Shown piece after piece: positions 1 through 9,705 of a stretch of DNA of 64,000 nt; the first letter of the stretch is position 1; each line of letters begins with the position of its first letter. Where the stretch lies: the NCBI GenBank assembly GCA_963835065.1, contig CAWIEK010000009.1:64001-128000 (forward strand), read 5' to 3'. The position numbers and the translations under genes were made by a program. This DNA comes from an uncultured Chthonomonadaceae bacterium. GTDB lineage: Bacteria > Armatimonadota > Chthonomonadetes > Chthonomonadales > Chthonomonadaceae. The notes beneath the pieces were generated by a model, which was not told where the DNA came from, did not search any database, and was given only the letters and a program-made list of their open reading frames with translations.

Positions 1-113
1 GTGGTAACTGATGTGGCATAGATGGTCTGTGCCGAGGCGGGTCGGCAAATTGCCCACACCGTCAACATCGAGAGGCAAAGAGTAAAGCCGGTGGTACGAA
101 AAAAGCATTGCAT
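1..113 (-). CDS. Secreted protein, N-terminal fragment (runs off window edge)
   Basis: ATG at 113 preceded by GAAAAGGA; translates MQCFFRTTGFTLCLSMLTVWAICRPASAQTIYATSVT, a signal peptide with an ASA|Q cleavage site. Confidence 0.7.
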   Translation of the reverse strand, partial: MQCFFRTTGFTLCLSMLTVWAICRPASAQTIYATSVT

Positions 114-621
114 GAAATTTTCCTTTTCAACTTCTATACTCCCGTAGGAGTAAGGAACAGGATACGAGAACTAAAACGAAACATAGATTGTTACCTTTGT
201 TAATGAGAGAACTTTCCACATTTTCAAGCCTGTAAAGGCTTGAAAGCGGCACAACGATTGAATTTAGCGGCAAGCCCCTGATTGCTTCACAAGGAAAAAT
301 GCCAGGTGGGGCTTGTCCGCTGTAAGGAGGGGTTGGGCCGCCACAGGCAAGCAATGGCAGCGACACAAACCTTGTTAACGGTGAAACCAACAAGCCCTGG
401 CAGCGTTTTATGCAAGACACAGGAGTGGAACGATACTCCTACGAGGTAAATTAAACGGACGTGTGCGGCCGGCCACAACGCCCGTAAGCCTGTTTTCTGC
501 GCCTTCTTCCGCTTGCTGTCACCTGCTGCAAACTATTTTTCACAATTAACCCGGAATTGCGCGCCGAACGCGCAGGAAATTGCGAACAAACGGGTAAATT
601 AGTAGGGACAACTTACGCGGC

Positions 622-682
622 GCGCGGGAAACCCTCGGACGGCTGGTAACGCATGGACGCAGCCGCCTGAATTTTCCCGCGC
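622..682 (+). promoter_or_regulatory. 5'-UTR stem-loop upstream of the outer-membrane protein gene
   Basis: GCGCGGGAAA (622-631) pairs with TTTCCCGCGC (673-682); inner CGGCTG/CAGCCG stem; AGGAGG RBS at 694-699. Confidence 0.55.
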
Positions 683-706
683 CCCCAATTCACAGGAGGA
701 ACCTAC

Positions 707-1243
707 GTGAGACGACTTGGTACAATTTGGAGTGCCGCTCTCGTACTTGTTTTAAGCGTGTTCGCGCTGTTCGCGCCCAATGCGGTTCGCGCGCAGACAG
801 GCGACTCATCCGATCAACTCCCCGAACTGTCGCAGGACTGGGAAGTGCGCGTCGGCATGTACGTGTTTCAAAGCAAGACAACCCGCGGTAACGCCGGGGA
901 AATCGGCATCAGCGGCGATGTCAACCGGCGCGTGTATGCCGGGCGGGGCTACGATGTCACCATCGGCATCGGCTATCATGGCATTGACCCCATTTACAGC
1001 ATTCCCCTGACGGTTGACCTCGTTGCCTACAAAGACAACCTCCGTTACGGAGGGGGCGTCGGCTATGCGTTCGGCAAGCGCGCCAATGGCAGAGGGCTGA
1101 AAGGAACCGTCGAGGAACTGCTGCTCGGCTATCAGCTCACGCGCGGGCGCAATCCCGTTTCCGTGGACCTGCGCTATATGTTCATCGGCGGCTCTTCCAG
1201 CGAACTCGACGGCTACAGCCTGACGTTTGGCATGAGGTTCTAA
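707..1243 (+). CDS. Outer-membrane beta-barrel protein
   Basis: GTG start after AGGAGG; signal peptide; alternating amphipathic strands; C-terminal YSLTFGMRF ending in Phe (beta-signal). Confidence 0.75.
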   Translation: MRRLGTIWSAALVLVLSVFALFAPNAVRAQTGDSSDQLPELSQDWEVRVGMYVFQSKTTRGNAGEIGISGDVNRRVYAGRGYDVTIGIGYHGIDPIYSIPLTVDLVAYKDNLRYGGGVGYAFGKRANGRGLKGTVEELLLGYQLTRGRNPVSVDLRYMFIGGSSSELDGYSLTFGMRF

Positions 1244-1248
1244 GTCAA

Positions 1249-1362
1249 AGGGGTCAGGATTCAGGGGTCAGGGGTCAGGAAAGACCTATATATTCCTGCA
1301 CTTCTGCCAGCAGGAAAGTCAGTTACTCCAGACTGACCCCTGACCCCTGAATCCTGACCCCT
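1249..1362. repeat. Inverted heptamer-array element (GGGGTCA)n ... (TGACCCC)n
   Basis: Left arm ggggtcaggattcaggggtcaggggtcag; right arm ctgacccctgacccctgaatcctgacccc. Confidence 0.85.
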
Positions 1363-3011
1363 ACCCCGTACCGCCTTCCCATCCAATACGGCAGCAGCCA
1401 GAACGCGCCGTCCATTTCCCGCGTACCTCCCGTCCCGCTGTCGGCCAGATAGGGATTTTCGTTCCACTTGGTTACGCCGCGCTCACCCGGCGGCAGCGGC
1501 GTTGTCAGTTGCCGCTTGCCGAAGCGGTCTAAATCCGGCGCGAAGACAACGTCGGGACGGTGAGAATTCTCCATTTTCCAGTCCCGCAAATCCAGCGGCG
1601 CATCCTGAAGCCACTCCGTAATTGCGTCCACGTCGCAGGGCTTTCCCGCGCAGGCTGTGTAGATGATATTGTAAAAGGGCGAGCGCTCCGGGCGTAAAAT
1701 TGACTGCGTTTGCTCCAGACTCAGCAGGTACAGTTGCCGCAGCATCGGATCGGTTTCCAGCATCAGCAACGGGTAATAGGCGCAGGCGGCCAGTTCATCA
1801 TCGGAATGGTTGTTGTCGCCTTCGGGCGGCAAAACTTTCTGGCGAATTGTATTCAGCGCGTAGCCGTGTTCCTTGATGAGCGTTTGGTAGGCGGCAGCGA
1901 ATCGCTCACAGGGGCTTAGGCGCATGGCAACGCGCAGATGCGACAGCATTTCGAGTGAATTCAGCCCCCGCTCGTTCTTCCATTGCGGATCATTATTCAG
2001 CAGTTCGGGAGTCCACACGCCCCAACTTGTACGCTTACCGTTCGCGCCCACCAGCGTATAGTTGTTGTCCAAAATGTGACTGGTGACGGCGTGGCATACA
2101 TTTGCAATTGCCCGTTTCTCCTCTTCATCCGCCACGAGTTCATAATACACGTACCACGCCAGATAATGCCCATCTATCTCATCTGAAGAGGTATCGCCTT
2201 TGTACAGCATATCGGCGTCAACGGGCGATTGAATCCAGTTGCGCTGCGGCACGGACATTTGCGCGCGCTCATTTCGCCTTACCGCCGCCCGCGCGGGAAA
2301 GCCGGGAATTCCCGTGACCGTCACCAGTTTCAGCAGGGCGTTCAGACTCCGCCGCGCCAAACAACGCGCTTCTTCCTCCTGTGTCACCGCGTACCGAAAA
2401 CACTCCGCGCATAGATATAACGCCGTCCACAATCCATCGTTGTCGCTCGCTTCATACAGAAAACTGTCCAGATCAACCGGACGAGTCAGCAGGCACTCCG
2501 TTACCCAGCCGTCACGATTATGCCGCGCCTGCGTGATTTGCTCGTAATGCGCGGCTTTCGCTTCCCATGTCATGTCTATGGATTCGATACAGGAGAAGCC
2601 GTCCGGCGTTGCAAGCCAGGCGCGGTTTTGCAGGTCAATGGCAATGCCTTCTACGCGGTCATGGGGCAGCCAGCGCTTGCCGCCGAAATAGCGCCAGGTT
2701 CCTTTTTGCAGCCGCGCCGCGCCCCGTTCGCTTCCCACCCACAACGTACCCTCGTTTCCCAATGCGAGGCACGTCGGGTTTTGCAGCGGAAAGCCATCCT
2801 TGCCGGTGAGGAAAAGCGAATGATGTTCCGTATGGATACCTAAGCCGTGTTCCGTTACGGTCCAACGGCAATTTTCAAGCAGGCAATCGGCCTGTAAAAC
2901 CTTTTGGAGACTTACGCCGTCTAACGGATTAAGCGCGTCATAAAATGTCGCAATGTCCTGACGAAACCGGTCGCTCGAAGGCGCATCTTCCTGGCGAGAA
3001 GCAGCATTCAT
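1323..3011 (-). CDS. Hypothetical protein: N-terminal regulator-propeller-like repeats plus helical (glycoside hydrolase-like) domain
   Basis: 562-aa ORF; GTLWVGS and NRAWLATPDG propeller-like motifs; SDNDGLWT and DTSSDEIDGH motifs; last residues are read from the repeat element. Confidence 0.7.
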   Translation of the reverse strand: MNAASRQEDAPSSDRFRQDIATFYDALNPLDGVSLQKVLQADCLLENCRWTVTEHGLGIHTEHHSLFLTGKDGFPLQNPTCLALGNEGTLWVGSERGAARLQKGTWRYFGGKRWLPHDRVEGIAIDLQNRAWLATPDGFSCIESIDMTWEAKAAHYEQITQARHNRDGWVTECLLTRPVDLDSFLYEASDNDGLWTALYLCAECFRYAVTQEEEARCLARRSLNALLKLVTVTGIPGFPARAAVRRNERAQMSVPQRNWIQSPVDADMLYKGDTSSDEIDGHYLAWYVYYELVADEEEKRAIANVCHAVTSHILDNNYTLVGANGKRTSWGVWTPELLNNDPQWKNERGLNSLEMLSHLRVAMRLSPCERFAAAYQTLIKEHGYALNTIRQKVLPPEGDNNHSDDELAACAYYPLLMLETDPMLRQLYLLSLEQTQSILRPERSPFYNIIYTACAGKPCDVDAITEWLQDAPLDLRDWKMENSHRPDVVFAPDLDRFGKRQLTTPLPPGERGVTKWNENPYLADSGTGGTREMDGAFWLLPYWMGRRYGVGVRIQGSGVSLE

Positions 3012-3624
3012 ACTTTTTTATTCCTGACTATCGCTGCGCTATTTTCGAGTCACGCCCTGTTATGATCAAGAACGCGAACACTCTGCCAAGTTGAAACATC
3101 GGGTTCTTAGTTTTGAGATTGCCGATGTGTCGCGCCCGGCAGAAAAGGAGCGCAAGGTCGTTCGCGCATGTTATGCGGTTGTGAATGTTACCCGTTTTGC
3201 TTTCTTGTTGACTTCGATTTGTCTCCAAAGAGGAGTTAGAAAGACAAATCCGCCCGGATGTGTCTGCAAGCACGGCTATTGTGACGTGTTTCTCTGCGCG
3301 GCTGTGGCTGAGTTCACAGTTGGGCAAGTAACATCCCAGGGCGTCGCGTCGTCAATAACAGGTACAGGTTCGCAACTCGCGCAAATGCCGGTTTTTTACG
3401 TGATTGGCTGAAAACGTCGTTTCGATGCCTTCCTGTACGCGCCAGGTATGGAACAATCCATTAGCAGGATTGGTTTCTTTGCAACACTGCTTGGAAGCAA
3501 GCCATTGGCCTTCCTTTTTTGCCAATGCGTTGTGAGTTATCAATAGTCGTGGCGCATACAGGAAGCGAACACAAACATCGGGGCAACGCCGCAGGCAGAT
3601 AGAACAAGGGGTGACAGCTAGAAA

Positions 3625-4518
3625 ATGAAAAACACGCAGCAGAACTCCGCGCATCAGGAACCTTCGGAAGCGCCTGGCGAGGCTCCGAGCATAATCCCGG
3701 ACGCCATTTCCTTTATGACCCGCTTGACACGACAGCGCCTGCTCACTTTTGAGGAAGAAGTCGCTTTGTCCGTCCGTGTCAAAAACGGCGACGCCCGCGC
3801 CAAAGATCGCCTTGTCGAATCTAATATGCGCCTTGTCATCAACATCGCCAAGAACTACCGCACGGCGCTGGTTCCGTTCGAGGATTTGGTTCAGGAAGGC
3901 GCAATCGGCCTGATGACGGCTGCCGAGCGCTACGATCCGAGCAAAGGCTACCGTTTCAGCACGTATGCCACGCACTGGATACGGCAGGCCATCAGCCGCG
4001 CCATAGACAACAAGGCCAAAGCCATCCGCATCCCGGCCCACGTTTCCGAATCCCTGCGCAAGCTGGAACGGACGCGCGCCCTGCTCACCCGCGAACACGG
4101 CGAAGAGCCGACGGCGGAAACCCTTGCCCTGCACTTAGGTTTGACGCTGCGCAAAGTGAATGCCCTGCTGCAAGCGGGGCTGGAACCGGTTTCCTTAGAT
4201 ATGCTCGTCGGGGATGAGGAGAACACCACTCTCGCCTCGCTCATCAACGACCGTACCGCCGCCAACCCGCAGGACGCGGTTCTCAGCCAGGAGATGCAAG
4301 CCGAACTTTTCAAGCTGCTGTCTATCCTGACGCCGCGCGAACAGGAAATCATGCGCCGCCGCCTGGGTTTTGAAGAAGAATCGTCGCAAGTCTTGCAGGA
4401 AATCGGCGAAAACATGCACATATCGCGTGAGCGCGTCCGCCAGATCGAAGTCCAGGCGCTGAAAAAACTAAAACACGCCGCCAAGCGCCGTAACCTGATG
4501 GGCTATATCAGCAGCTAA
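3625..4518 (+). CDS. RNA polymerase sigma-70 factor (RpoD/SigA family, lacks region 1.1)
   Basis: LVESNMRLVINIAK, DLVQEGAIGL, GYRFSTYATHWIRQAISRA and SRERVRQIE (regions 2 and 4.2). Confidence 0.95.
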   Translation: MKNTQQNSAHQEPSEAPGEAPSIIPDAISFMTRLTRQRLLTFEEEVALSVRVKNGDARAKDRLVESNMRLVINIAKNYRTALVPFEDLVQEGAIGLMTAAERYDPSKGYRFSTYATHWIRQAISRAIDNKAKAIRIPAHVSESLRKLERTRALLTREHGEEPTAETLALHLGLTLRKVNALLQAGLEPVSLDMLVGDEENTTLASLINDRTAANPQDAVLSQEMQAELFKLLSILTPREQEIMRRRLGFEEESSQVLQEIGENMHISRERVRQIEVQALKKLKHAAKRRNLMGYISS

Positions 4519-4523
4519 AATGC

Positions 4524-4556
4524 GGGTGTTGGGTATTGGGACACCCAACGCCCTTT
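4524..4556. terminator. Hairpin between convergent genes
   Basis: gggtgttgggt ... acccaacgccc followed by ttt. Confidence 0.5.
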
Positions 4557-5448
4557 AATTCACAGGAACCTCATAAACCCCGTCGCCATACGCAAAACTC
4601 AGATGCTTGCCGTCGGGACACCAGAACAAGCCTTGCAAGGAGAAGGCCGTGCCGGATTTGCTGTAAGGCGGTTTGTTGGGCATGTCGTCTTTCACAACGC
4701 CCAAAATGTCCGTGCGGCTGCCGTCTACCGCGCTTATCAGAATTGCCGCGCCCTGCCCCCGAAATGGCGCTTTGTACCCGCGCCGCAAACGCTGCATAAT
4801 CGCATCGCGCCACTCTATGTGGGGAACCAGGCACTTATATGCTATGCGCTTGCCGTCCGGCGATAGAGATACCGAAGAAAAAGAAGTTTGCATGTCCGGC
4901 ACTACCTTGATTTTCCATAAGTAATCCGGCTTGGGCATAGGTCGGCTCAAAGAATAGTGCTGTGGTTCATTGAACGCGCTAATAATCTTAAATTGCTTGT
5001 CTCCTTCGGCAAATGTCTGCACGTATGGCCCTACATCTCGCATCGGGTCTTGAAAGAAGCTGTCTTTACCCGGCATCAGTAGTTCTTCGAACGTGGTGGA
5101 TTGAGTTGCTTGATTCCATCGCAGTGTTGCCGTTCCCTCCGGCCTATATTCGTAGAGTCGCAACTCGCCGTTCGGAGTCCAATAATACCCCTCGGCTTTA
5201 GCAAGCGACGCTATGCGGTGGGCATGCGCCATCAGGTCGGGAGGACGCGCCCGCATCTGCACCGTTCCAATGCCCGCGCCCACGCCCGCCACCAGCAAGA
5301 GCCGAACCGACGCCCACATCAGCCAGCGCTGCCAGCGCGGACGCGCCCGTTTGCCGGATACGGTAGCGCCTGTCGTTAGGGCATCCGTGTGTTCGCCTTC
5401 GCTTGCTGCCACATCAGCATTGCCCGTCTGCTGCATTTTATCCGGCAT
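4555..5448 (-). CDS. Membrane-anchored protein with TolB/PD40-like propeller repeats
   Basis: N-terminal TM segment; SLSPDGKRIAY and LFWCPDGKHLSF motifs; start overlaps the end of the upstream vWA gene. Confidence 0.75.
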   Translation of the reverse strand: MPDKMQQTGNADVAASEGEHTDALTTGATVSGKRARPRWQRWLMWASVRLLLVAGVGAGIGTVQMRARPPDLMAHAHRIASLAKAEGYYWTPNGELRLYEYRPEGTATLRWNQATQSTTFEELLMPGKDSFFQDPMRDVGPYVQTFAEGDKQFKIISAFNEPQHYSLSRPMPKPDYLWKIKVVPDMQTSFSSVSLSPDGKRIAYKCLVPHIEWRDAIMQRLRRGYKAPFRGQGAAILISAVDGSRTDILGVVKDDMPNKPPYSKSGTAFSLQGLFWCPDGKHLSFAYGDGVYEVPVN

Positions 5449-8400
5449 CGTCGTTCTTCTCCTGCCGCTGCTGCGCGCGCCGCTTGGCCGCCATCAGCCG
5501 CGACATTCCGGCTTCTTCTTCGGGTACAGGCGCGTTTTCTACCACCTCCACAGGAGCCGCTACCGTAACGGGTTCCACTCCCTCCGGGCGAATGGTACGG
5601 GAGGGTTGCCGGGTGTTGGGTGTCGGGTGTCGGGTGTCGGGTGTTGGGATTGACGATTGTTGATTGCCGATTGCCGATTGCCGATTGAGGATTGGGGATT
5701 GGGGATTGACTGTTCCCTGTTCCCTGTTCCCTGTTCCCTGTATCTTCTCTTCCCCTACCCCTTCTTCCTGACCACTGACCACTGACCACTGACCACTCGC
5801 AACGCTCTCCTTCCGCTCCATCAGGCGCGACAGTTCGGGCGTGGCGGCGCGGGTTTTCGGGGTTGGGGCTTTGCGGCCTGTTATCCACGCCCAGGCGCGG
5901 GCGAAGTCGCTGCGCTCAATGGCGAGGCGGCGCGTGGCGATGTCGAACAGCAGGAACGGAAGGGTGAGCAGCATCAGGTAAGGGATCATGTCCTGCGCGG
6001 AAAAGACAACCGGGCGGTCTGCCGCGAACACGCTTGGCGCGGAGGGTTCCACGCGCCCGCCTCCGGTTTGCGCAAGCTGCGTCATCAGGTATTGGTTGGC
6101 CTGCGTGTCTTTGTATTCGGGCGAGTACGAGGTTGCCAGGCCGATGCGCGTGGATTTGTCCGGCTTGCTTGGATCGGAGGATTTTTGCAGCACGTTGATC
6201 AGGTACGTTCCGGTTTGCGGCGCGTCGAAGTTGGCTTCATAGTGCCCCGGCCCGGTTTGCGACAGGGTTTCTTCAGTGGGCATTGCGCCCTTGATTCCGG
6301 TCACGCCGGGCGGCACGATCCGCGCCCGCAGACTCAATCGGTTGACGAATTTGCCTTTGTCGTCAATGGCGTCCACAACCACATGCCCCCGGTTGTTTTC
6401 CATCGTCACTTGCGTACTGTACTCGCTTGGCGCAAACGGGCGCAGGGTCCAGCGCACGGCCTGCGCCCAGAACTTGGCATACCCCGGCCAGCCCATCCAC
6501 GCCGCCGCCCACCGCGCCCGGTCATCCGACATAAACGCGACGGAACGGCCCAACCCATACCGCCAGCCGGCGAAAATCGGATCGGTTTCGCGGTTCGGGT
6601 TGCCGTTGCGCAGGGCAAGGAGCGCGGTTGGCTTCAGGCTGGTCACGTCGTAGCCGAGCAGGGGCGGCGCTCCTCCCCAATCCATGCCTTTCAATATCTC
6701 GTCGCCATCAGTGGGCACAACGTGAAACGGTTCCTCGATAATGGGCGGCTGCGAAATGGTCTGCTGGTCTTTGAGAAGGAGGTACGGCAACTGCTGCGGA
6801 CGGTCAGCGACATACGCCTGCCCATCCCCGGTTTTGGCAATCGCCGCCATAAATTGTACGCCGCTGCGATCCGCGCCCGTTGAAATTGTGGACACGGTAA
6901 TGCCCATATCGCGGATGCGCTGGATGTTGGCGACAACCGCGCTTTGATTGGCTTCCCACACCGCGTCGCCGTCGCCAAGAAAAATGATGTGCTTGATTTT
7001 GGCGTCCGTCTGGTTCAGGACGCGGGCGGCTTCCATCAGAAACGGGTCATAATTGGGCGGGTCGCCCATGTTTTGCAGGTTCTGCATCTGCGCTTTGATC
7101 GCGTCCCGGTCTACGACGTGCTGCATCGGGATGCGCCAGGTTCCGCCCGGAGCCATGTTCGCAATGTCACCCCTGCCGTACCCGAACGCGCCGTTGCAGT
7201 CCAGAACGCCCACCTGGTCAATCGGTTCCAGCAAATCCATCGTGGCTTTGGCGGCTTCAATGGACATATTCACGGTTGTCGGGATTTCCAGGTTTTCAAT
7301 CACAAGCGCGACGGCAACGGAGGGCAGCCGTTTTTGCTTTTTCACGTCCATCGAAACCGGCAGCGCGTCTTCTAAGGGCGTTCCCCGGTAGCCGCCCGCG
7401 CCAAAACTGGTATCGCCGCCCACCATGCCCAACCCCACGCCGAAATCGCGGCAGGCGACCTGCAAGGCGGTCATTTGCGCCGACGACAGCGCTGCGGCAG
7501 GCACATTGCTCAGAAACACGCTGTCATAGGGCTGGAGTGCGGCAGCCGACGTGGGCATGGCGTCGGGGTTGGCGTACTCAACGTTGATATTGAGGCTTTG
7601 CAGCGATTTGCGCAAAAAGCCGGTCAGGGTCGGGCTGTCAGCGACATACAAAATAGTGGGCTTGCCTTCCACCCACACAAAGCCCTCGCCCTTGTTGTTT
7701 TCGGCAATGGTGTCGTCGCGGGCATCCAGCGTGGCGGTGTAGCGATAAAAGCCCTTGTCGCCCACAATCTGGTCGAACGCAACCACGTTCTTCCCCCGGT
7801 GCAGGTCTATCCGCTTGCTCAATCCGGTCGGCTTGCCGTCCCGAAACAGCGATACGGTTGCCGATTGCGCGGTTTGGCTGCTGACGATCACTTTGGCGGT
7901 AAACGGCTCCCCGATCTTGACCCGGTTGGGCAGGTTCATTTTGTCAACGAGGGCTTCTTTGGTCAGCGTGACCGGCAGGGTAATCGTGTCCAGAACGATG
8001 TGGTCGGCGTTGAGTTCCTGCACGACGGACAGAGCGCGTCCCACGTTTTCGTTGCCGTCCGACAGCAGCACAATGCGCTTGCCCGCGTCCCGCGCTGCGG
8101 TATCCAGTTCGTTTTTGGCCTGCTGCAAGGCGCGTCCAATGTCGGTAGCCGTCGTAATTCCCGGATCGCGCAAATGCGCCAGTTCGAGCGGCTGACCTAA
8201 CATAGATTGGACGTGCGCTTCGCTGGCGAACGTAATCACGCCGATTTTGTCTACGGTTCGCATTCCCCGCCCGGCTTCCCGAATATACTGCTCCATGCGC
8301 GTCCGCTGATCGTCACGGATACTGCGCGACGAATCCACCACGAACACGACGGCAAGGGCATTGCCCGGCTTCACAATCTTCAATCCGGCAAGGGTGAAAA

Positions 8401-8587
8401 TCAGCAGGGTGGCAAGGGCGCAGCGCAGCAGCAGCGCCCCCCTGCGCCGCGCAGGACTCATATCCGTGACGGTATGCCGATTGCACCAGCCAAAGAAGAC
8501 AAATGCAAGCGGCAGCAGCAGCAAAAACCACGGATTGGCAAACTGAACAGATTTGAATAATTGCGTGACAAAACTGAATAATTGCAT
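5438..8587 (-). CDS. Membrane protein with vWA and glutamine-amidotransferase-like domains
   Basis: FANPWFLLLL (BatA-like N-terminus); VFVVDSSRS MIDAS; VLLSDGNEN; GGDTSFGAGGY; WRYGLGRSVAF; start codon approximate. Confidence 0.9.
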   Translation of the reverse strand: MQLFSFVTQLFKSVQFANPWFLLLLPLAFVFFGWCNRHTVTDMSPARRRGALLLRCALATLLIFTLAGLKIVKPGNALAVVFVVDSSRSIRDDQRTRMEQYIREAGRGMRTVDKIGVITFASEAHVQSMLGQPLELAHLRDPGITTATDIGRALQQAKNELDTAARDAGKRIVLLSDGNENVGRALSVVQELNADHIVLDTITLPVTLTKEALVDKMNLPNRVKIGEPFTAKVIVSSQTAQSATVSLFRDGKPTGLSKRIDLHRGKNVVAFDQIVGDKGFYRYTATLDARDDTIAENNKGEGFVWVEGKPTILYVADSPTLTGFLRKSLQSLNINVEYANPDAMPTSAAALQPYDSVFLSNVPAAALSSAQMTALQVACRDFGVGLGMVGGDTSFGAGGYRGTPLEDALPVSMDVKKQKRLPSVAVALVIENLEIPTTVNMSIEAAKATMDLLEPIDQVGVLDCNGAFGYGRGDIANMAPGGTWRIPMQHVVDRDAIKAQMQNLQNMGDPPNYDPFLMEAARVLNQTDAKIKHIIFLGDGDAVWEANQSAVVANIQRIRDMGITVSTISTGADRSGVQFMAAIAKTGDGQAYVADRPQQLPYLLLKDQQTISQPPIIEEPFHVVPTDGDEILKGMDWGGAPPLLGYDVTSLKPTALLALRNGNPNRETDPIFAGWRYGLGRSVAFMSDDRARWAAAWMGWPGYAKFWAQAVRWTLRPFAPSEYSTQVTMENNRGHVVVDAIDDKGKFVNRLSLRARIVPPGVTGIKGAMPTEETLSQTGPGHYEANFDAPQTGTYLINVLQKSSDPSKPDKSTRIGLATSYSPEYKDTQANQYLMTQLAQTGGGRVEPSAPSVFAADRPVVFSAQDMIPYLMLLTLPFLLFDIATRRLAIERSDFARAWAWITGRKAPTPKTRAATPELSRLMERKESVASGQWSVVSGQEEGVGEEKIQGTGNREQGTVNPQSPILNRQSAIGNQQSSIPTPDTRHPTPNTRQPSRTIRPEGVEPVTVAAPVEVVENAPVPEEEAGMSRLMAAKRRAQQRQEKNDDAG
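5608..5797. repeat. Mosaic of heptamer tandem repeats in-frame inside the vWA gene
   Basis: (GGGTGTC)n, (GATTGCC)n, (GGGGATT)n, (TGTTCCC)n and (TGACCAC)n arrays in series. Confidence 0.85.
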
Positions 8588-8695
8588 GGGCACGAGGCAG
8601 CCCTTCCTATGGAGTCCGCACGGGAAAAGAAACAAACGGCGCAAAGCGGCAACACAGCCGTCCTATCCCTCATACGCAAACCAACGAACCGGTGA

Positions 8696-9349
8696 TTACA
8701 TTTTCTTTACAATGCGCAGGCGCTGCAGCCAGCAACGCAGCCATACTCTTGCGCTTTCCATAAGAGCCAGAGCAGGAATAGTACGCTTTAATTCCGTTTG
8801 TGGAAGCAGGACGGACACGTTCGGCCAGCCATACGCGACGGTGGCAAGCGGGATGCCGGAAGCGTCGAAAACGCCATCGCACAGCCACGCGCCGCCCATC
8901 CGCTCGTAAAAGCCCCGCGCCGGGTGGTTTTCGGTCAGCACCCACACGAGCATGGAATTCATACCCTGCCGCTTCAACTGCCGCGCCGCTTCGATCACCA
9001 TGGCGCGGCCAAAACCCTGCTTGTGATGCTCCGGCAGCAGATACAGGCTGTACAGTTCGCCCTTATAGTTGCGGTTGTGGTGGCGTTCCGGGCCGAAGGT
9101 GACGCAGCCAACGATTTGCCCCGCGTCGTTTTCGGCAACCAGCGTGACATGCAGCCGGGAATGGAATTCGATGATGCGCTGCCAGTAGGCTTCCTTCGCC
9201 TGCTCGGACACCAGTTTCGCCAGGGCGGCGTCGGGGATGATGCCGGGATACGCGGCCTGCCAACTGCGCGCGTTGACCTGCGCGACTTGAGCGGCGTCAG
9301 CAATCTCGGCAGGACGAATACGCACGAAACGTTGCTCCTTTTGGCGCAT
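8696..9349 (-). CDS. GNAT family N-acetyltransferase
   Basis: IRPAEIADA; ELYSLYLLPEHHKQGFGR (motif A); VLTENHPARGFYERMGG; start placed at MRQKEQ. Confidence 0.9.
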   Translation of the reverse strand: MRQKEQRFVRIRPAEIADAAQVAQVNARSWQAAYPGIIPDAALAKLVSEQAKEAYWQRIIEFHSRLHVTLVAENDAGQIVGCVTFGPERHHNRNYKGELYSLYLLPEHHKQGFGRAMVIEAARQLKRQGMNSMLVWVLTENHPARGFYERMGGAWLCDGVFDASGIPLATVAYGWPNVSVLLPQTELKRTIPALALMESARVWLRCWLQRLRIVKKM

Positions 9350-9497
9350 CCGCCGGCATCGAGCGGCTGCGCTTCTCAGGCCCCTTTGCGGCACAAACGC
9401 CAATGACGCGCAAAACAGTGACTGTCTGCGCGTCGTATTCGTTATGCCGTTCTTGAATTCCTGCTTAATGATGAAGGATTGCAGAATTAGGGTAGGT

Positions 9498-9653
9498 AAA
9501 AAAAGATATGTAGAGGCATCGTCGAAATCTTGGCAATGCAGCGCTTCCAGCCCGATGTCTCGTTGTGTCAAGTTGTGGGAGTGAGGCGTCGTGACCTCGT
9601 AAGCGTCAGGGCGAACGGGAGGGGTGGGGACATAGGCTCTTCACCTCCCTTCC
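9498..9653 (-). ncRNA. Putative small RNA or leader unit, copy 1
   Basis: 9507-9622 matches 34070-34185 (reverse complement) at 111/116 nt; begins GGAAGGGAGGTG and ends in a T run. Confidence 0.55.
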
Positions 9654-9705
9654 TGTATGGATAGCACCTGTCTAACATCTATATAGTAGACTTGGTTCTA
9701 CTGTT

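Noticed and set aside
270..405. Inverted repeats (gccagg..ggcttgt / acaagccctggc) as a possible riboswitch
   Set aside because: Pairing is possible, but I could not match any riboswitch consensus; it needs an Rfam scan.
3352..4134. Long antisense ORFs (also 11740-12801, 13286-14212, 28611-29588, 46890-47795, 59195-60346)
   Set aside because: Shadow ORFs opposite well-supported genes in GC-rich DNA.
9350..9571. N-terminal extension of the GNAT ORF, and ORF 33989-34201, sharing TQRDIGLEAL
   Set aside because: The similarity comes from the duplicated nucleotide core; four of the five differences are non-synonymous in this frame and there is no shared start.
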